A stretch of 64,000 bases of DNA from Hyphomicrobiaceae bacterium (GCA_028066055.1 JALCBY010000016.1:2833-66832), one strand, 5' to 3'; shown: positions 23,271 to 33,466, counted from the first letter of the stretch. Made by a program: numbers and translations. The notes: generated from the sequence alone by a model not told the origin.

Positions 23271-26200
23271 TCAGTGCGAGGCCGGTTCGCCGATCCCGCC
23301 GCCCCCCGGCAGTTCGAGTACCAACCGTTCGCCACTCGGGACGACCTGTTTGCCCTTGCCCTTGAGCTTCTTGCCGCTCGCCAGTGAGACCGCACCGGGC
23401 GTGCCGGCTTCCCCGCCACCGCGTCCGCGCGCCGGGTGGTCGATCCGGTCGAACAAGGCATAGACGGCGAAGGGCGCGCCGGTTGCACTCTCGATTTCGA
23501 TCACTTGGCCGTCGCCACCGTTGTGACGGCCCCGGCCGCCCGATCCGATGCGGTATTCCTTGCGCGCAAAAATGAGCGGCGCAACGGACTCGGTGATCTC
23601 GACCGGCGTGTTGCGCACGCCCGACGGGTAGGCCGTCGCCGACAGACCGTTCTTGCCGGGCCGTGCGCCGGTTCCGCCGGCGTGGAAGATCGTGACCGAG
23701 AAGGGCTGAGTGTTTCCGTATTCATGGCCTTCGACGAGACCATGGCCTCCCGTCATCATCGGATTCCATAGACTCGAACTCCCTTCCGCCGGTACTTGTC
23801 CTGGCAATGCTTTGTCGAGGCAGCCGAGTACGACGTCGGGCAGCATCTGACCGATCACATGCCGCACGGCGACAGCGCACGGCCGCGGCGCGTTGAGGAT
23901 CGAGCCTTCGGGAGCCGTGACACGGATAGGCGCGAGCGAACCCGCATTGTTGGGCACCCGTGAGCCGACGATGCAGCGGATGCCGAAGGAGGCATAGGCG
24001 ATCGTATAGGTGTAGGGCACATTGATGCCGTAGGCCGATGAACGGGACGATCCGCTGAAATCGACGTCGATGCCGTCGTTTCCGACGGTAAGTTTCGCTC
24101 TGAGCTCCACCGGGTTGCCGTAGCCGTCGACCGTCATCTCGTTTTCGTAGGTGCCCGGCGGCAACGCGCGGATCTCGTCGAGCATGGCATTGCGGGATGT
24201 CTCGATAATGTGCTTGCTCACATCCTCCAGACCCTTGAGCTCGAACTCCTGCATGGTCTCGATGAGCCGACGGCCGCCGACTTCGTTGCATGCCGCGAGC
24301 GAATAGAGATCGCCGACGACCTGCAGGGGTTCGCGCACGTTGGCGCGTACAATCTCGAAAATGTCCTCGTTCGCCTCACCCGCCCTGAAGAGCGGCAGAA
24401 TCGGAATACAGATACCTTCTTCGAACACCTGTCCCGCATCCGGTGAGAATCCGCGCCCGCCGATGTCGACCACATGGACAGTCGACGCGAACAGGGCGAT
24501 TGGCTCGCCCTCGAGAAACACCGGCGAGACGACCGTGAAATCGAAAAGATGTCCGGTCCCGAGCCAGGGGTCGTTGGTCACATACACGTCGCCTTCCGAC
24601 ATGCATTCAACCGGATACTTCTCCAGAAAATAGGTGACCGATGCGGCCATGGCGTTGACGTGACCGGGTGTTCCGGTGACGGCCTGGGCAAGCATCCGCC
24701 CCTCGAGATCGAACACGCCGGCCGAAAGGTCACCTGCCTCGCGCACGGTTGTGGATAGGGCTGTGCGGATCAGAACCTGCGCCTGCTCCTCCACGACGGC
24801 GAGGAGCCGGTTCCAGATGAGCTGCATCCTGAGTTCGCTGTCGGCACTCGACTTCGTCTGGGCGGTGTCCACTTGCTCGCGCGCGAGGACGAGATCACGA
24901 CGCGGGTTGACGCTTGCAACGAAGCCCTCGGGCAGGAGAGATGATGTTTGCGGCTCGGTGATGATGGCGGGGCCCTGCATACGGCTCGCGGTTGCAAGGT
25001 TGAGCCGGTCATAGACGGCTACCTCTTCCGGGTCGCCGGATGTCACCAGATGTACCGACCTTTGCCCGGTCGGGCTCGGTGTGGCGATATCCGAGATATC
25101 CTCAGGCAGCACGGAAACTGGTCGCGTGCGTTCGCTCAGCGAAAGCGTCCATGTCAGGATCTCGATATCGAGCCCCGGGACCGTGCGACCGAAATAGGTG
25201 GTGTATTCGCGCTCGAAGATTGCGCGCAGCGTTTCGTCGTCATCCGGCGTAAGCGCACGTTCGGGCATCTCGAGCTTGATCTCATGGCCCTGGCCGACAT
25301 AGCGGGCGAAGGCAAAACGCTGCTCGCTGAGATCCGCATCTGCAATTGCAGAGGTAACAACGGCAAGCGCTTCTTCGCGCATTGCGTCGAAGGTCGCGTT
25401 CAGCCCGTCGCTGTCGAATTGGGACAGGCGGACATAGCGGCTGCGGACCACTTCATAGGAGACGGGAGCCAGAAGAAATCCGACCGCCGATCCGACGCTT
25501 GCATCGGCGGGCACGACGACCCGGTCTATGCCGAGCTTGTCGGCGATTGCGGTTGCATGAAGCGGAGCCGCCCCGCCGAATGCGATCATTGTCCGCCCTG
25601 CCAGCTCCTTGCCGCGCTCTGCGGCGTGGACTTTGGCCGCGTTGGCCATGTTCTCATTGACGATCTCGATGATCCCGGCAGCGGAAGAGACTGCATCCTT
25701 GCCGAGCAGGCCGCCGATATGGGTGTCTAACGCTCGCGTTGCCGCCGGCGTATCGAGCTGCATCTGGCCCGATGCGAAGTTTTCTCCGTCGATGCGCCCG
25801 AGCGCCAGATTGGCGTCTGTAACGGTCGGGCGGTCGCCACCCTCGCCATAACAGGCAGGGCCGGGCTCCGACCCCGCGCTCTCCGGGCCGACGGCAATCC
25901 TCTTCAGCGCGTCGACCATGGCGATCGAACCGCCGCCTGCGCCAATCTCGACCATCTCAACAACAGGAATTTTGACGGGCATTCCGCTGCCCTTCATGAA
26001 ACGATGCGCGCGGTCAACCTCGAATACGCGGGAAAGGAGCGGCTCTCCATCGTCAATCAGGCAGATCTTTGCCGTTGTTCCGCCCATGTCGAAGGAAATC
26101 ACGCGGTCTTCGCCGAGCAATCGTGACAGGTGCGAGGCAAGAATGGCGCCGCCGGCGGGTCCTGATTCCATCAAACGAACCGGGAACGTGGCCGCCGTCT

Positions 26201-26951
26201 CGATCGTGACGAGACCGCCTGCGGACGTCATGAGCAGGCAGGGAGCGTTAAAGCCCTCATCGCCGAGGCGCGTCTGCAGATCGTTCAGATAAGAAGAAAC
26301 GATGGGCTGGACATAGGCATTCGCGCAGGTTGTCGTCTGGCGCTCATATTCGCGGATCTCGGGACAGACCTCGCTCGCCAGCGTGATCGGCAGTCCCGGA
26401 TGAGCGGCACGCAGGATCTCCGCGATCCGGTTTTCATGGTCGGGGTTCGCGTAGGCGTGCAGCAGCCCGACTGCAATGCTCTCGACGCCATGCTCCTCGA
26501 TCTTCGGAATGAGCGCGTCGACGCTTGCCTCGTCCAGCGGTGTCAGCACCTGCCCCTGCCAGTTCATGCGTTCCGTAACCGGCCAGCGCCGTTCCCGCGG
26601 CACGAGCGGCGGCAGGCGGTCGGCATTGATGTCGTACTGATCGAAGCGGTTTTCGTATGCGATCTCGACTGAGTCCCGATGCCCCTCGGTGACGATGAGT
26701 GCTGTCTTTGCGCCCGAACGCTCGATCAGCGCATTCGTCGCAAGCGTCGTACCGTGAATTATGAGGTCGATCTCGCCGGGCGCGGTTCCGGTTTCAGACA
26801 GCACCAGGCGAACCCCTTCCATGAAACCCTTGGCGGGAGCGGAACTCGTCGTCAGGACCTTGGCAGTCGCGTGTGTTCCGTCCTTTTCCAGAACCACGTC
26901 TGTAAAGGTTCCGCCAATGTCGACTGCAAGTCTGGTTCGCCCGGATGTCAT
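23271..26951 (-). CDS. fused hydantoinase A/B (HyuA-HyuB) enzyme, 5-oxoprolinase / N-methylhydantoinase (ATP-hydrolysing) family
   Basis: 1226 aa. The N-terminus is RLAVDIGGTFTDVV (HyuA ATPase fold), with a second actin-like motif FDMGGTTAKI. The C-terminal half is HyuB-like. The length and architecture match the eukaryotic OPLAH-type fusion. Confidence 0.9.
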   Translation of the reverse strand: MTSGRTRLAVDIGGTFTDVVLEKDGTHATAKVLTTSSAPAKGFMEGVRLVLSETGTAPGEIDLIIHGTTLATNALIERSGAKTALIVTEGHRDSVEIAYENRFDQYDINADRLPPLVPRERRWPVTERMNWQGQVLTPLDEASVDALIPKIEEHGVESIAVGLLHAYANPDHENRIAEILRAAHPGLPITLASEVCPEIREYERQTTTCANAYVQPIVSSYLNDLQTRLGDEGFNAPCLLMTSAGGLVTIETAATFPVRLMESGPAGGAILASHLSRLLGEDRVISFDMGGTTAKICLIDDGEPLLSRVFEVDRAHRFMKGSGMPVKIPVVEMVEIGAGGGSIAMVDALKRIAVGPESAGSEPGPACYGEGGDRPTVTDANLALGRIDGENFASGQMQLDTPAATRALDTHIGGLLGKDAVSSAAGIIEIVNENMANAAKVHAAERGKELAGRTMIAFGGAAPLHATAIADKLGIDRVVVPADASVGSAVGFLLAPVSYEVVRSRYVRLSQFDSDGLNATFDAMREEALAVVTSAIADADLSEQRFAFARYVGQGHEIKLEMPERALTPDDDETLRAIFEREYTTYFGRTVPGLDIEILTWTLSLSERTRPVSVLPEDISDIATPSPTGQRSVHLVTSGDPEEVAVYDRLNLATASRMQGPAIITEPQTSSLLPEGFVASVNPRRDLVLAREQVDTAQTKSSADSELRMQLIWNRLLAVVEEQAQVLIRTALSTTVREAGDLSAGVFDLEGRMLAQAVTGTPGHVNAMAASVTYFLEKYPVECMSEGDVYVTNDPWLGTGHLFDFTVVSPVFLEGEPIALFASTVHVVDIGGRGFSPDAGQVFEEGICIPILPLFRAGEANEDIFEIVRANVREPLQVVGDLYSLAACNEVGGRRLIETMQEFELKGLEDVSKHIIETSRNAMLDEIRALPPGTYENEMTVDGYGNPVELRAKLTVGNDGIDVDFSGSSRSSAYGINVPYTYTIAYASFGIRCIVGSRVPNNAGSLAPIRVTAPEGSILNAPRPCAVAVRHVIGQMLPDVVLGCLDKALPGQVPAEGSSSLWNPMMTGGHGLVEGHEYGNTQPFSVTIFHAGGTGARPGKNGLSATAYPSGVRNTPVEITESVAPLIFARKEYRIGSGGRGRHNGGDGQVIEIESATGAPFAVYALFDRIDHPARGRGGGEAGTPGAVSLASGKKLKGKGKQVVPSGERLVLELPGGGGIGEPASH

Positions 26952-27001
26952 TTTTCTGTCCTGTTGTTTTTCATCCAGCGCAAAGACTTAAAGGTGAATC
27001 T

Positions 27002-27042
27002 CAAAAAAAGAAACGCCGGACCGCAATGGAAGCGATCCGGCG
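27002..27042 (-). terminator. rho-independent terminator of the binding-protein gene 27070-28332
   Basis: On the minus strand, an 11-bp stem (27032-27042 pairs with 27014-27024, one mismatch) encloses a 7-nt loop. It is followed by TTTCTTTTTTT (complement of 27003-27013). Confidence 0.7.
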
Positions 27043-27069
27043 CTCAACTTGCGATGCGTATTGATGCGA

Positions 27070-28332
27070 TTACTTGGCCTTTTCCGCCCAGGTCGGCATC
27101 GGGTATTTCAGCTCGCAGGCGGCGAACTCGAACGGATAGACCGTGCAGTATTTTCCGCCCTGAGCCTGCATCAGGATACCGCGGGTAAGCTCGTTCTGGC
27201 CGTTTGCCGCGAACTTGATCCCCTTGTAAGGCACGATGAGCTGGCTGCCCGGAATATTCGTTTCAGTCAGCGCCTTGCGGATCGCTTCCGGGTCGGTCGA
27301 CCCTGCACGATTGATGGCATCGGCCAGCGCGATGAAGCCGGTGAAGGCGCGCGCGGGCACGTCGGAGAGATCGCGTCCGCCGGAGTGCTTCTTGAACAAG
27401 GCGTTGACCTTGCCGATGAGCGGGATGCGCTTTGCAAGATCGGTGTTGAATGGTGAACGCGTGATAACGCCATCGGCATCCTTGCCCATGGTCTTCAGGA
27501 AGCTCGGATCGGTGTAACCGGCATTCTGAGCAACCAGTAGTGCAGGATTGTAGTCGAGCTCCTTCGCGGTGCGCATGAACAGAACGGCGTCGGAGGTGTA
27601 GGATGACGGCAGCAGCATGTCGGCCTTCGATGCCTTCAGCCGTTGCACCTCGGCCGTCAGGGAGGTGGTCTTCGCCTTGTAGGCGATATCCTCGACGACC
27701 TTGTAGCCCTGATCCTTCGCCATCTTTTCCTGAACGCTGCCGCTGTCAGATCCCCACAGCGAATCCTCATGCAGGATGGCCACGCTCTCCAGCTTCTTGC
27801 CGTGCTTCTTCTGGAAATCACCGGCAAACTCGAACATCAGCTTGGTGAATTCCCCGTCGTGCGGTGTGACACGGAAGAAAAATTTGAAACCGCGTTCGGT
27901 GAGCTTCGGAGACGTCGACTCGCCATTGACCCACGGAATGCCTGCGCGCTCGGCGACCTGGCTGCCCGCCGCGGTGACCGAGGAGTAATAGGCGCCGTAC
28001 ATGGAGTGCACCTTCTCCTGATTGATCATGCGCTCGGCTTCGCCCTGTCCGACGTCCGGCTTGCCCTGATGATCGCCAACGATGACGCGGAGCTTTGCAC
28101 CGCTCAGTCCCGTCAGCCCTTCACCTTTGGCGAGCGGCATGTCGAGGTCATGCTTGTTGTTGATGATTTCCAGCGCCGTGTTGACGGCGGCGACGGCGTC
28201 CTTGCCAACCTGCGCCACGGGTCCGCTCAGCGGATACAGAACTCCGACCACAACTTCCTTGGTTTGGGCGGCTGCCGTAGTTGCCCCCGCAACCAGTGCA
28301 GCGGCGGCCATTCCCAAGATGCGTTTGTACAT
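27070..28332 (-). CDS. ABC transporter substrate-binding protein (Leu/Ile/Val-binding type 1 PBP family)
   Basis: The track ORF extends to 28542, but the signal peptide MYKRILGMAAAALVAGATTAAAQ starts at ATG 28332, which has a GGGAG RBS. The sequence VVVGVLYPLSGPVAQVGKDAVAAVNTALEIIN is typical of the family. Confidence 0.9.
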   Translation of the reverse strand: MYKRILGMAAAALVAGATTAAAQTKEVVVGVLYPLSGPVAQVGKDAVAAVNTALEIINNKHDLDMPLAKGEGLTGLSGAKLRVIVGDHQGKPDVGQGEAERMINQEKVHSMYGAYYSSVTAAGSQVAERAGIPWVNGESTSPKLTERGFKFFFRVTPHDGEFTKLMFEFAGDFQKKHGKKLESVAILHEDSLWGSDSGSVQEKMAKDQGYKVVEDIAYKAKTTSLTAEVQRLKASKADMLLPSSYTSDAVLFMRTAKELDYNPALLVAQNAGYTDPSFLKTMGKDADGVITRSPFNTDLAKRIPLIGKVNALFKKHSGGRDLSDVPARAFTGFIALADAINRAGSTDPEAIRKALTETNIPGSQLIVPYKGIKFAANGQNELTRGILMQAQGGKYCTVYPFEFAACELKYPMPTWAEKAK

Positions 28333-28419
28333 AACTCTTACTCCCTGCTGAATTTTCCGTCGCGCATGATCCGGCAGTTCACTATGGTAAGTCAAATCAT
28401 TAGCTTCGGGCGGGTGGGC

Positions 28420-29286
28420 ATGTCTTCCGATGTTATCATTCAGGCCATTGTCAGTGGCCTCCTCATGGGTCTCGTCTACGCACTGGTTGCGGTCGGCCTG
28501 AGTCTCATCTTCGGGCTCATGGAAATCGTGAACTTCGCGCATGGCGAGTTTCTCATGCTTTCCATGTTTTTCAGCTTCTGGTTGTGGGCGCTCCTCGGCA
28601 TGGATCCGCTCCTGTCGCTACCGATCGTGGTTCTGGCGCTTGCGGTGCTCGGGTTCGCCACCCATTACGGGGTCATACGCCATGTGCTCAATGCGCCCAT
28701 GCTGGCGCAGATCTGTGCCACGTTCGGCCTCGCGATTGCCATCCGGTCCGGGGCCCAGTTTCTCTGGACGCCGGATTTCCGGTCTGTTCAGGATCCGCTG
28801 GTTGCGGGGCGCCTCGAAATTGCCGGTATCTTCATCGGACAACCGCAACTGGTAGCCGGGCTCGTCTGTTTCGCGGCCTTCATCGCCCTGTGGCTGTTCG
28901 TGACGAGGACCGAAACCGGACTCGCCCTTCAGGCCACCGCGCAGGACCGTCAGGCCGCCGCCGTGATGGGCATCCCGACGGACCGCATGTTCGCGCTGGG
29001 GTGGGCCATTGGCCTTGGATGCGTCGGAGTGGCCGGAGCCATGCTGTCTTCTTTCTATTTCGTGTTTCCTGATGTGGGCATCAATTTCGCGCTGCTGGCC
29101 TTCGTTGCCGTCGCGCTTGGCGGGTTCGGCAGCATTCTCGGCAGTCTTGTCGCCGGGGTTGCGATCGGTCTGGTTGAATCGCTCGGCGGGGTTCTCATTT
29201 CCCCGTCCTACAAGTTGTTGATTGTCTTTTCTCTCTATTTCGCCGTGGTTCTGGTACGGCCGATGGGTCTGTTCGGGAGGTATTAG
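28420..29286 (+). CDS. branched-chain-amino-acid-type ABC permease (LivH family)
   Basis: MSSDVIIQAIVSGLLMGLVYALVAVGLSLIFGLMEIVNFAHGEF is a canonical LivH N-terminus. The track ORF (27643-) overextends upstream. Confidence 0.9.
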   Translation: MSSDVIIQAIVSGLLMGLVYALVAVGLSLIFGLMEIVNFAHGEFLMLSMFFSFWLWALLGMDPLLSLPIVVLALAVLGFATHYGVIRHVLNAPMLAQICATFGLAIAIRSGAQFLWTPDFRSVQDPLVAGRLEIAGIFIGQPQLVAGLVCFAAFIALWLFVTRTETGLALQATAQDRQAAAVMGIPTDRMFALGWAIGLGCVGVAGAMLSSFYFVFPDVGINFALLAFVAVALGGFGSILGSLVAGVAIGLVESLGGVLISPSYKLLIVFSLYFAVVLVRPMGLFGRY

Positions 29287-29290
29287 GATC

Positions 29291-30319
29291 ATGTCGAAGA
29301 AGTCCAACGCGGCGCTCGAGGCCGCGCTCGCCGAGCCGGTCTGGCCTGCCGCGCCCCCCGCCTTTACCTGGTTGGGCTTTGGCGTGTTTGCGTTGCTTGC
29401 CGTCTATCCGTTCATCTTCACCGGCACCTTTTCCCATCACCTGATGATCATGGTGTTCCTGCATGCCATCATGGCCCAGTCCTGGAACGTGGTTGCGGGC
29501 ATGTCCGGTCAGATCAGCCTTGGTCACGCCGTGTTTTTCGGCCTCGGGGCCTATGCCAGCGCGCTGCTTTACATCAAATGGGGCATCACGCCCTGGATCG
29601 GTCTGCTTGCGGGCATGGCAATTTCGGCACTCGCGGCCGCAGCGATCGGTATTCCGACTTTGCGCCTGCGCGGCCACTATTTTGCGATTGCGACCCTGCT
29701 TTTCGGGATCAGTGTCCAGATCGTTTTCCAGCGCTGGGACTGGGTCGGGGCCGCATCGGGCATCTTCATGCCCATCGTGCGCGACGATCCGTGGCTGGTG
29801 CTTCAGTTCCACGGCAGCAAGCTGCCTTACTACTATCTGAGTTTCGGGCTGTGCGTGATTGCATTCGCGGTCGTCTGGGATCTGCAGCGCCGAAGGTTGG
29901 GAATGCGCCTGCTCGCCGTGCGCGACGAGCCGGAAGCGGCTGCCAGCCTCGGCATCGACGTGGCGTGGCACAAGGTGATCGCTTTCATGATCTCCGGCGC
30001 CATGATGTCCACGGCGGGAACCTTCTTTGCGCAATATGTGCTGGTGGTTGATCCGGACAGGGTATTCAATTTCGAAATTTCCGTGCTCGCCCTGTTGATG
30101 GTTGTGCTTGGCGGGATCGGAACCTTGTGGGGTCCGGCGCTCGGTGCGGCAATACTCGTTCCCTTGTCGGAATTCACCCGGACCTGGTTCGGCGGCACGG
30201 GCGGCACGGTGGATCTCATCATTTACGGCATTCTCATTCTGCTCATCTGCATCTATCAGCCGCGCGGACTGCTGAGCATCGTGACGGAGCGTCTGCGCCG
30301 AAGGGTTGACACAAAATGA
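29291..30319 (+). CDS. branched-chain-amino-acid-type ABC permease (LivM family)
   Basis: It has the LivM-like GQISLGHAVFFGLGAYASA motif. ATG 29291 lies after GGGAGG; the track start 29222 overlaps the LivH gene. Confidence 0.9.
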   Translation: MSKKSNAALEAALAEPVWPAAPPAFTWLGFGVFALLAVYPFIFTGTFSHHLMIMVFLHAIMAQSWNVVAGMSGQISLGHAVFFGLGAYASALLYIKWGITPWIGLLAGMAISALAAAAIGIPTLRLRGHYFAIATLLFGISVQIVFQRWDWVGAASGIFMPIVRDDPWLVLQFHGSKLPYYYLSFGLCVIAFAVVWDLQRRRLGMRLLAVRDEPEAAASLGIDVAWHKVIAFMISGAMMSTAGTFFAQYVLVVDPDRVFNFEISVLALLMVVLGGIGTLWGPALGAAILVPLSEFTRTWFGGTGGTVDLIIYGILILLICIYQPRGLLSIVTERLRRRVDTK

Positions 30320-31041
30320 GTGAACTTCTGCTTGTAGAGGGCCTTACGAAACATTTTGGCGGCGTGACCGCGAATGACGGTATCTCATTCGATGTCCGCG
30401 AGGGCGAAATCATCGGCATCATCGGGCCAAACGGCGCCGGCAAGTCGACGCTTTTCGATCTGCTGACCGGTTTTCAGACGCCTGATTCAGGATCCGTCTT
30501 GTTGGATGGACACGACGTTACGGGCCTTCGCCCCGACCGGATCGCGCGTATGGGCGTGGGGCGTACGTTTCAGAAACTCAAACCTTTTCCGGATCTGACA
30601 CTTGTAGAGAATGTGATGGTGGGCGCGCTTGCGCACACGTCGCATGTTCATGAAGCGCGAGACAAGGCGCTCGAAGCCATCGCTTTTGTCGACCTGCTGG
30701 AGAAACGCCACAGTTTCGCGCGTGAACTCAGTACAGGGCAGCGTAAACGGCTGGAAATGGCGCGTGCGCTCGCCACCGATCCACGATTGCTGTTGATGGA
30801 TGAGGTAACGGGAGGCGTCGACCAGAAGACGATACCGGGCCTGATCGAGCTCGTTCTGGCCCTGCGTGACAAGGGCATCACCATCCTTACCATCGAGCAC
30901 AATATGAAAGTGATGATGGACGTTTCCAGCCGGATTCTCGCGCTGCAGTTCGGCAAGCGCATCGCCTTCGGCAAGCCTGAAAAAGTCCGCAACGATCCGC
31001 ATGTGGTCGATGCCTACCTGGGGCGTGCCGATGCTGCTTGA
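30316..31041 (+). CDS. ABC transporter ATP-binding protein (LivG family)
   Basis: It has Walker A GPNGAGKST and signature LSTGQRKRLEMARAL. There is an ATGA overlap with the LivM stop. Confidence 0.9.
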   Translation: MSELLLVEGLTKHFGGVTANDGISFDVREGEIIGIIGPNGAGKSTLFDLLTGFQTPDSGSVLLDGHDVTGLRPDRIARMGVGRTFQKLKPFPDLTLVENVMVGALAHTSHVHEARDKALEAIAFVDLLEKRHSFARELSTGQRKRLEMARALATDPRLLLMDEVTGGVDQKTIPGLIELVLALRDKGITILTIEHNMKVMMDVSSRILALQFGKRIAFGKPEKVRNDPHVVDAYLGRADAA

Positions 31042-31738
31042 GGTGAAGGATCTCGAAGTGGCCTATGGTGACTTTCAGGTCGTCTGGGGCGTATCGCTGA
31101 ACATCGACGAGGGAGAGGTCGTCACGCTGCTCGGCCCGAACGGATCGGGAAAGAGTACGGTTATCAACACGGTCAGCGGGCTGGTGCCGGTTCTGCGCGG
31201 CGATATCCTGGTGGACGGAGCAAGCATCGCTGGCCAGCCGACGCACAACCGGGCCCATCTCGGCATTGCCCACGTGCTCGAGCGCCGCCGCGTGTTTCCC
31301 TATCTCACGGTTCAGCAGAACCTCATCCTCGGTGCCTGGCACCGCGACGCCAAGGCGGCGCGCGACGAAACCTACGAACATGTGTGCGACATGTTTCCCA
31401 TACTGCGCGATCGCAGTGGTCAACTTGCACATACGCTTTCCGGCGGTGAGCAGCAGATGCTGGCATTGGCGCGTGGGCTCATGGCCAAGCCGCGGCTTTT
31501 GATGGTTGACGAACCATTTCTGGGGCTCGCGCCGCAGATCATCGAGCAGATGAAGCAGGCGTTTGAAGATATCCGCTCGACCGGAATTGCCATTCTGTTT
31601 ATCGAACAGAATGTGCGGTTGGCCCTGTCCATGGCGGATCGGGGTTATGTTCTGGAAAGCGGTCGCATGGCGGTGTCGGGCAAGGCAAAATCGCTCATGA
31701 ATCACAAGACCGTACGACGGGTCTTCCTCGGCGCCTGA
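31031..31738 (+). CDS. ABC transporter ATP-binding protein (LivF family)
   Basis: The sequence starts MLLEVKDLEVAYG, with Walker A GPNGSGKST and signature LSGGEQQMLALARGL. I prefer ATG 31031 (the track gives 31001). Confidence 0.9.
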   Translation: MLLEVKDLEVAYGDFQVVWGVSLNIDEGEVVTLLGPNGSGKSTVINTVSGLVPVLRGDILVDGASIAGQPTHNRAHLGIAHVLERRRVFPYLTVQQNLILGAWHRDAKAARDETYEHVCDMFPILRDRSGQLAHTLSGGEQQMLALARGLMAKPRLLMVDEPFLGLAPQIIEQMKQAFEDIRSTGIAILFIEQNVRLALSMADRGYVLESGRMAVSGKAKSLMNHKTVRRVFLGA

Positions 31739-31742
31739 TCCG

Positions 31743-32576
31743 CTAGAGCGCCGCCAGTTCGATATTTTTCTTGTCCGTGATCAGCATGGAGCCCGGTTTG
31801 TGGGTGATGCAGAGCGACGGTTTCGCCTGCTCCACTGCCACTTGCGGTGTCACGCCGCACGCCCAGAAAACGGCAAGCTGATCGTCATTCATTGCCGGAG
31901 GGTCGCCGAAATCCGGCTTGTACACGTCTTCCACGCCGATTTGCTCCGGCAGACCGATATGCACCGGCGCGCCGTGAACACCCGGGAACCGGCTCGTGAT
32001 CTGCACGGCGCGAATGGCGTCGGCCGGGCGCAGCGGACGCATGGAGACAACCATGTCGCTGTTGAATTTTCCTGCCGGTGTGCAGGCGATGTTCGTGCGG
32101 TACATGGGCACGACCGTGTCACGCTCAACGTGCTGAAGTGAAATATCCTCCTCGATCAACGGCAGTTCGAAGGAAAAGGAACAGCCGAGAATGAATGTGA
32201 CAAGGTCGTCCCGCCACAGTTCGAGGACGTCGTCGCGTTCTTCGACCAGTTCGCCGTCGCGGAATACCCGGTATTGCGGCACATCTGTGCGAATATCGAT
32301 ATCGCCGAGATCGGGGAGGGCCGGATCGCCTGCCGCGCCCATGCCAATAAGGGGGCAGGGCTTCGGATTGCGCTGGCAGAAGGCCGCGAATTCCATGGCA
32401 TCATCTCGCGGCAGAATACAAACATTGCCCTGGACAAAATCAGGGGCCACGCCTGCCGTATGCCCGGTATACGCACCCCGGCGAATGACCGCGCGTGCTT
32501 CTGCCGGATCGGTGATCGTCATCATCGGCGGCGTGTCGTGAATTTTCTGCGGTTCGCTCATCTCGGCCTCGAACAT
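31743..32576 (-). CDS. DUF1445 / UPF0317 putative hydro-lyase (D-glutamate cyclase family)
   Basis: The segments [43 protein letters not shown] and FWACGVTPQ match my recollection of the family. An alternative start is ATG 32561. Confidence 0.8.
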   Translation of the reverse strand: MFEAEMSEPQKIHDTPPMMTITDPAEARAVIRRGAYTGHTAGVAPDFVQGNVCILPRDDAMEFAAFCQRNPKPCPLIGMGAAGDPALPDLGDIDIRTDVPQYRVFRDGELVEERDDVLELWRDDLVTFILGCSFSFELPLIEEDISLQHVERDTVVPMYRTNIACTPAGKFNSDMVVSMRPLRPADAIRAVQITSRFPGVHGAPVHIGLPEQIGVEDVYKPDFGDPPAMNDDQLAVFWACGVTPQVAVEQAKPSLCITHKPGSMLITDKKNIELAAL

Positions 32577-32641
32577 GTTTCAGCAGGCATCTGAGCGTAT
32601 CCGGTCGCCGGATGCAATGGGGCAGAGAGATCCCGCGGCAC

Positions 32642-33304
32642 TTACGCGTGGAGGTATCCCAGGATGATATCCCTGACATGGTCGCGCCGTGCCGCCAGCC
32701 AGGCTTTGTCGCTCAGGTCCTGGCCAAACGTGATCGACAGCGTGTAGCGGTTGGAAATGTGCACGTAACTCAGCGACAGGATCGAAATGTAAAGCTGCAC
32801 CGGATCGATGTTCATGCGGAAAAGCCCACGCTCCTGACCCTGTCGCACCAGACTCTCTATGGATTTCACCAAGGGCATGGCACGCTGGGGAACCACTTTC
32901 GATCGGCGCAGGAAGCGGCCCTGCTGGATGTTTTCAATACCGATCATCTTGATGAACTCACGGTGTGCAAGCATGTGGTCGAAGGTGAACTCGACCAGGG
33001 CCGCCATCCCTTCGATTGGATCGAGGTGAAGCAGATCGAGCTTCTCTTCTTCGGCGCGCAGCTGTGCATAGACATGTTCAAGCGCGGCCAGATAGATGCC
33101 CTCCTTGTTTCCGAAATAATGGTAGAGCATCCGGATATTGCATTTCGCGCGGGCAGCAATTGCGGCGGTTCGCGCGCCGCCGTATCCCTTCTCGCAAAAT
33201 TCCGCAAGCGCGGCGCGCAGCACGCGTTCCCGCGTCGCCACCGCATTGCGCTTCTGCCCGGGGAGTGGCCGGTGTTGACGCTTTTTCTGAACGGCGACTG
33301 CCAT
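32642..33304 (-). CDS. TetR/AcrR family transcriptional regulator
   Basis: It has the N-terminal HTH RERVLRAALAEFCEKGYGGARTAAIAARAKCNIRMLYHYFGNKEGIY. Confidence 0.9.
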   Translation of the reverse strand: MAVAVQKKRQHRPLPGQKRNAVATRERVLRAALAEFCEKGYGGARTAAIAARAKCNIRMLYHYFGNKEGIYLAALEHVYAQLRAEEEKLDLLHLDPIEGMAALVEFTFDHMLAHREFIKMIGIENIQQGRFLRRSKVVPQRAMPLVKSIESLVRQGQERGLFRMNIDPVQLYISILSLSYVHISNRYTLSITFGQDLSDKAWLAARRDHVRDIILGYLHA

Positions 33305-33339
33305 CGCTCAACCATGTGTCATATTGACTCAAAATGCAA

Positions 33340-33363
33340 TTAAGTAATAAGTTGCTTACTTAA
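33340..33363. promoter_or_regulatory. palindrome, candidate TetR operator
   Basis: TTAAGTAA (33340-33347), 8 nt, TTACTTAA (33356-33363). It lies in the 162-bp divergent region between the TetR gene and the binding-protein gene. Confidence 0.35.
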
Positions 33364-33466
33364 CGTATCGCAAGGTGGGGCGGAGTCTTGGGTACGAGAG
33401 CGCTTCTATTCGACGGGATCGAGGCCGAGTTGAGGCCCGTCGAGCAGGTCTTAGGGAGGGAAGTAA

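Noticed and set aside
27643-28419. Upstream extensions of ORFs across the divergent promoter (27643-28419 on plus, 28333-28542 on minus)
   Set aside because: The recognisable LivH N-terminus starts at ATG 28420 and the binding-protein signal peptide starts at ATG 28332. Each of the two extensions is antisense to the other gene.
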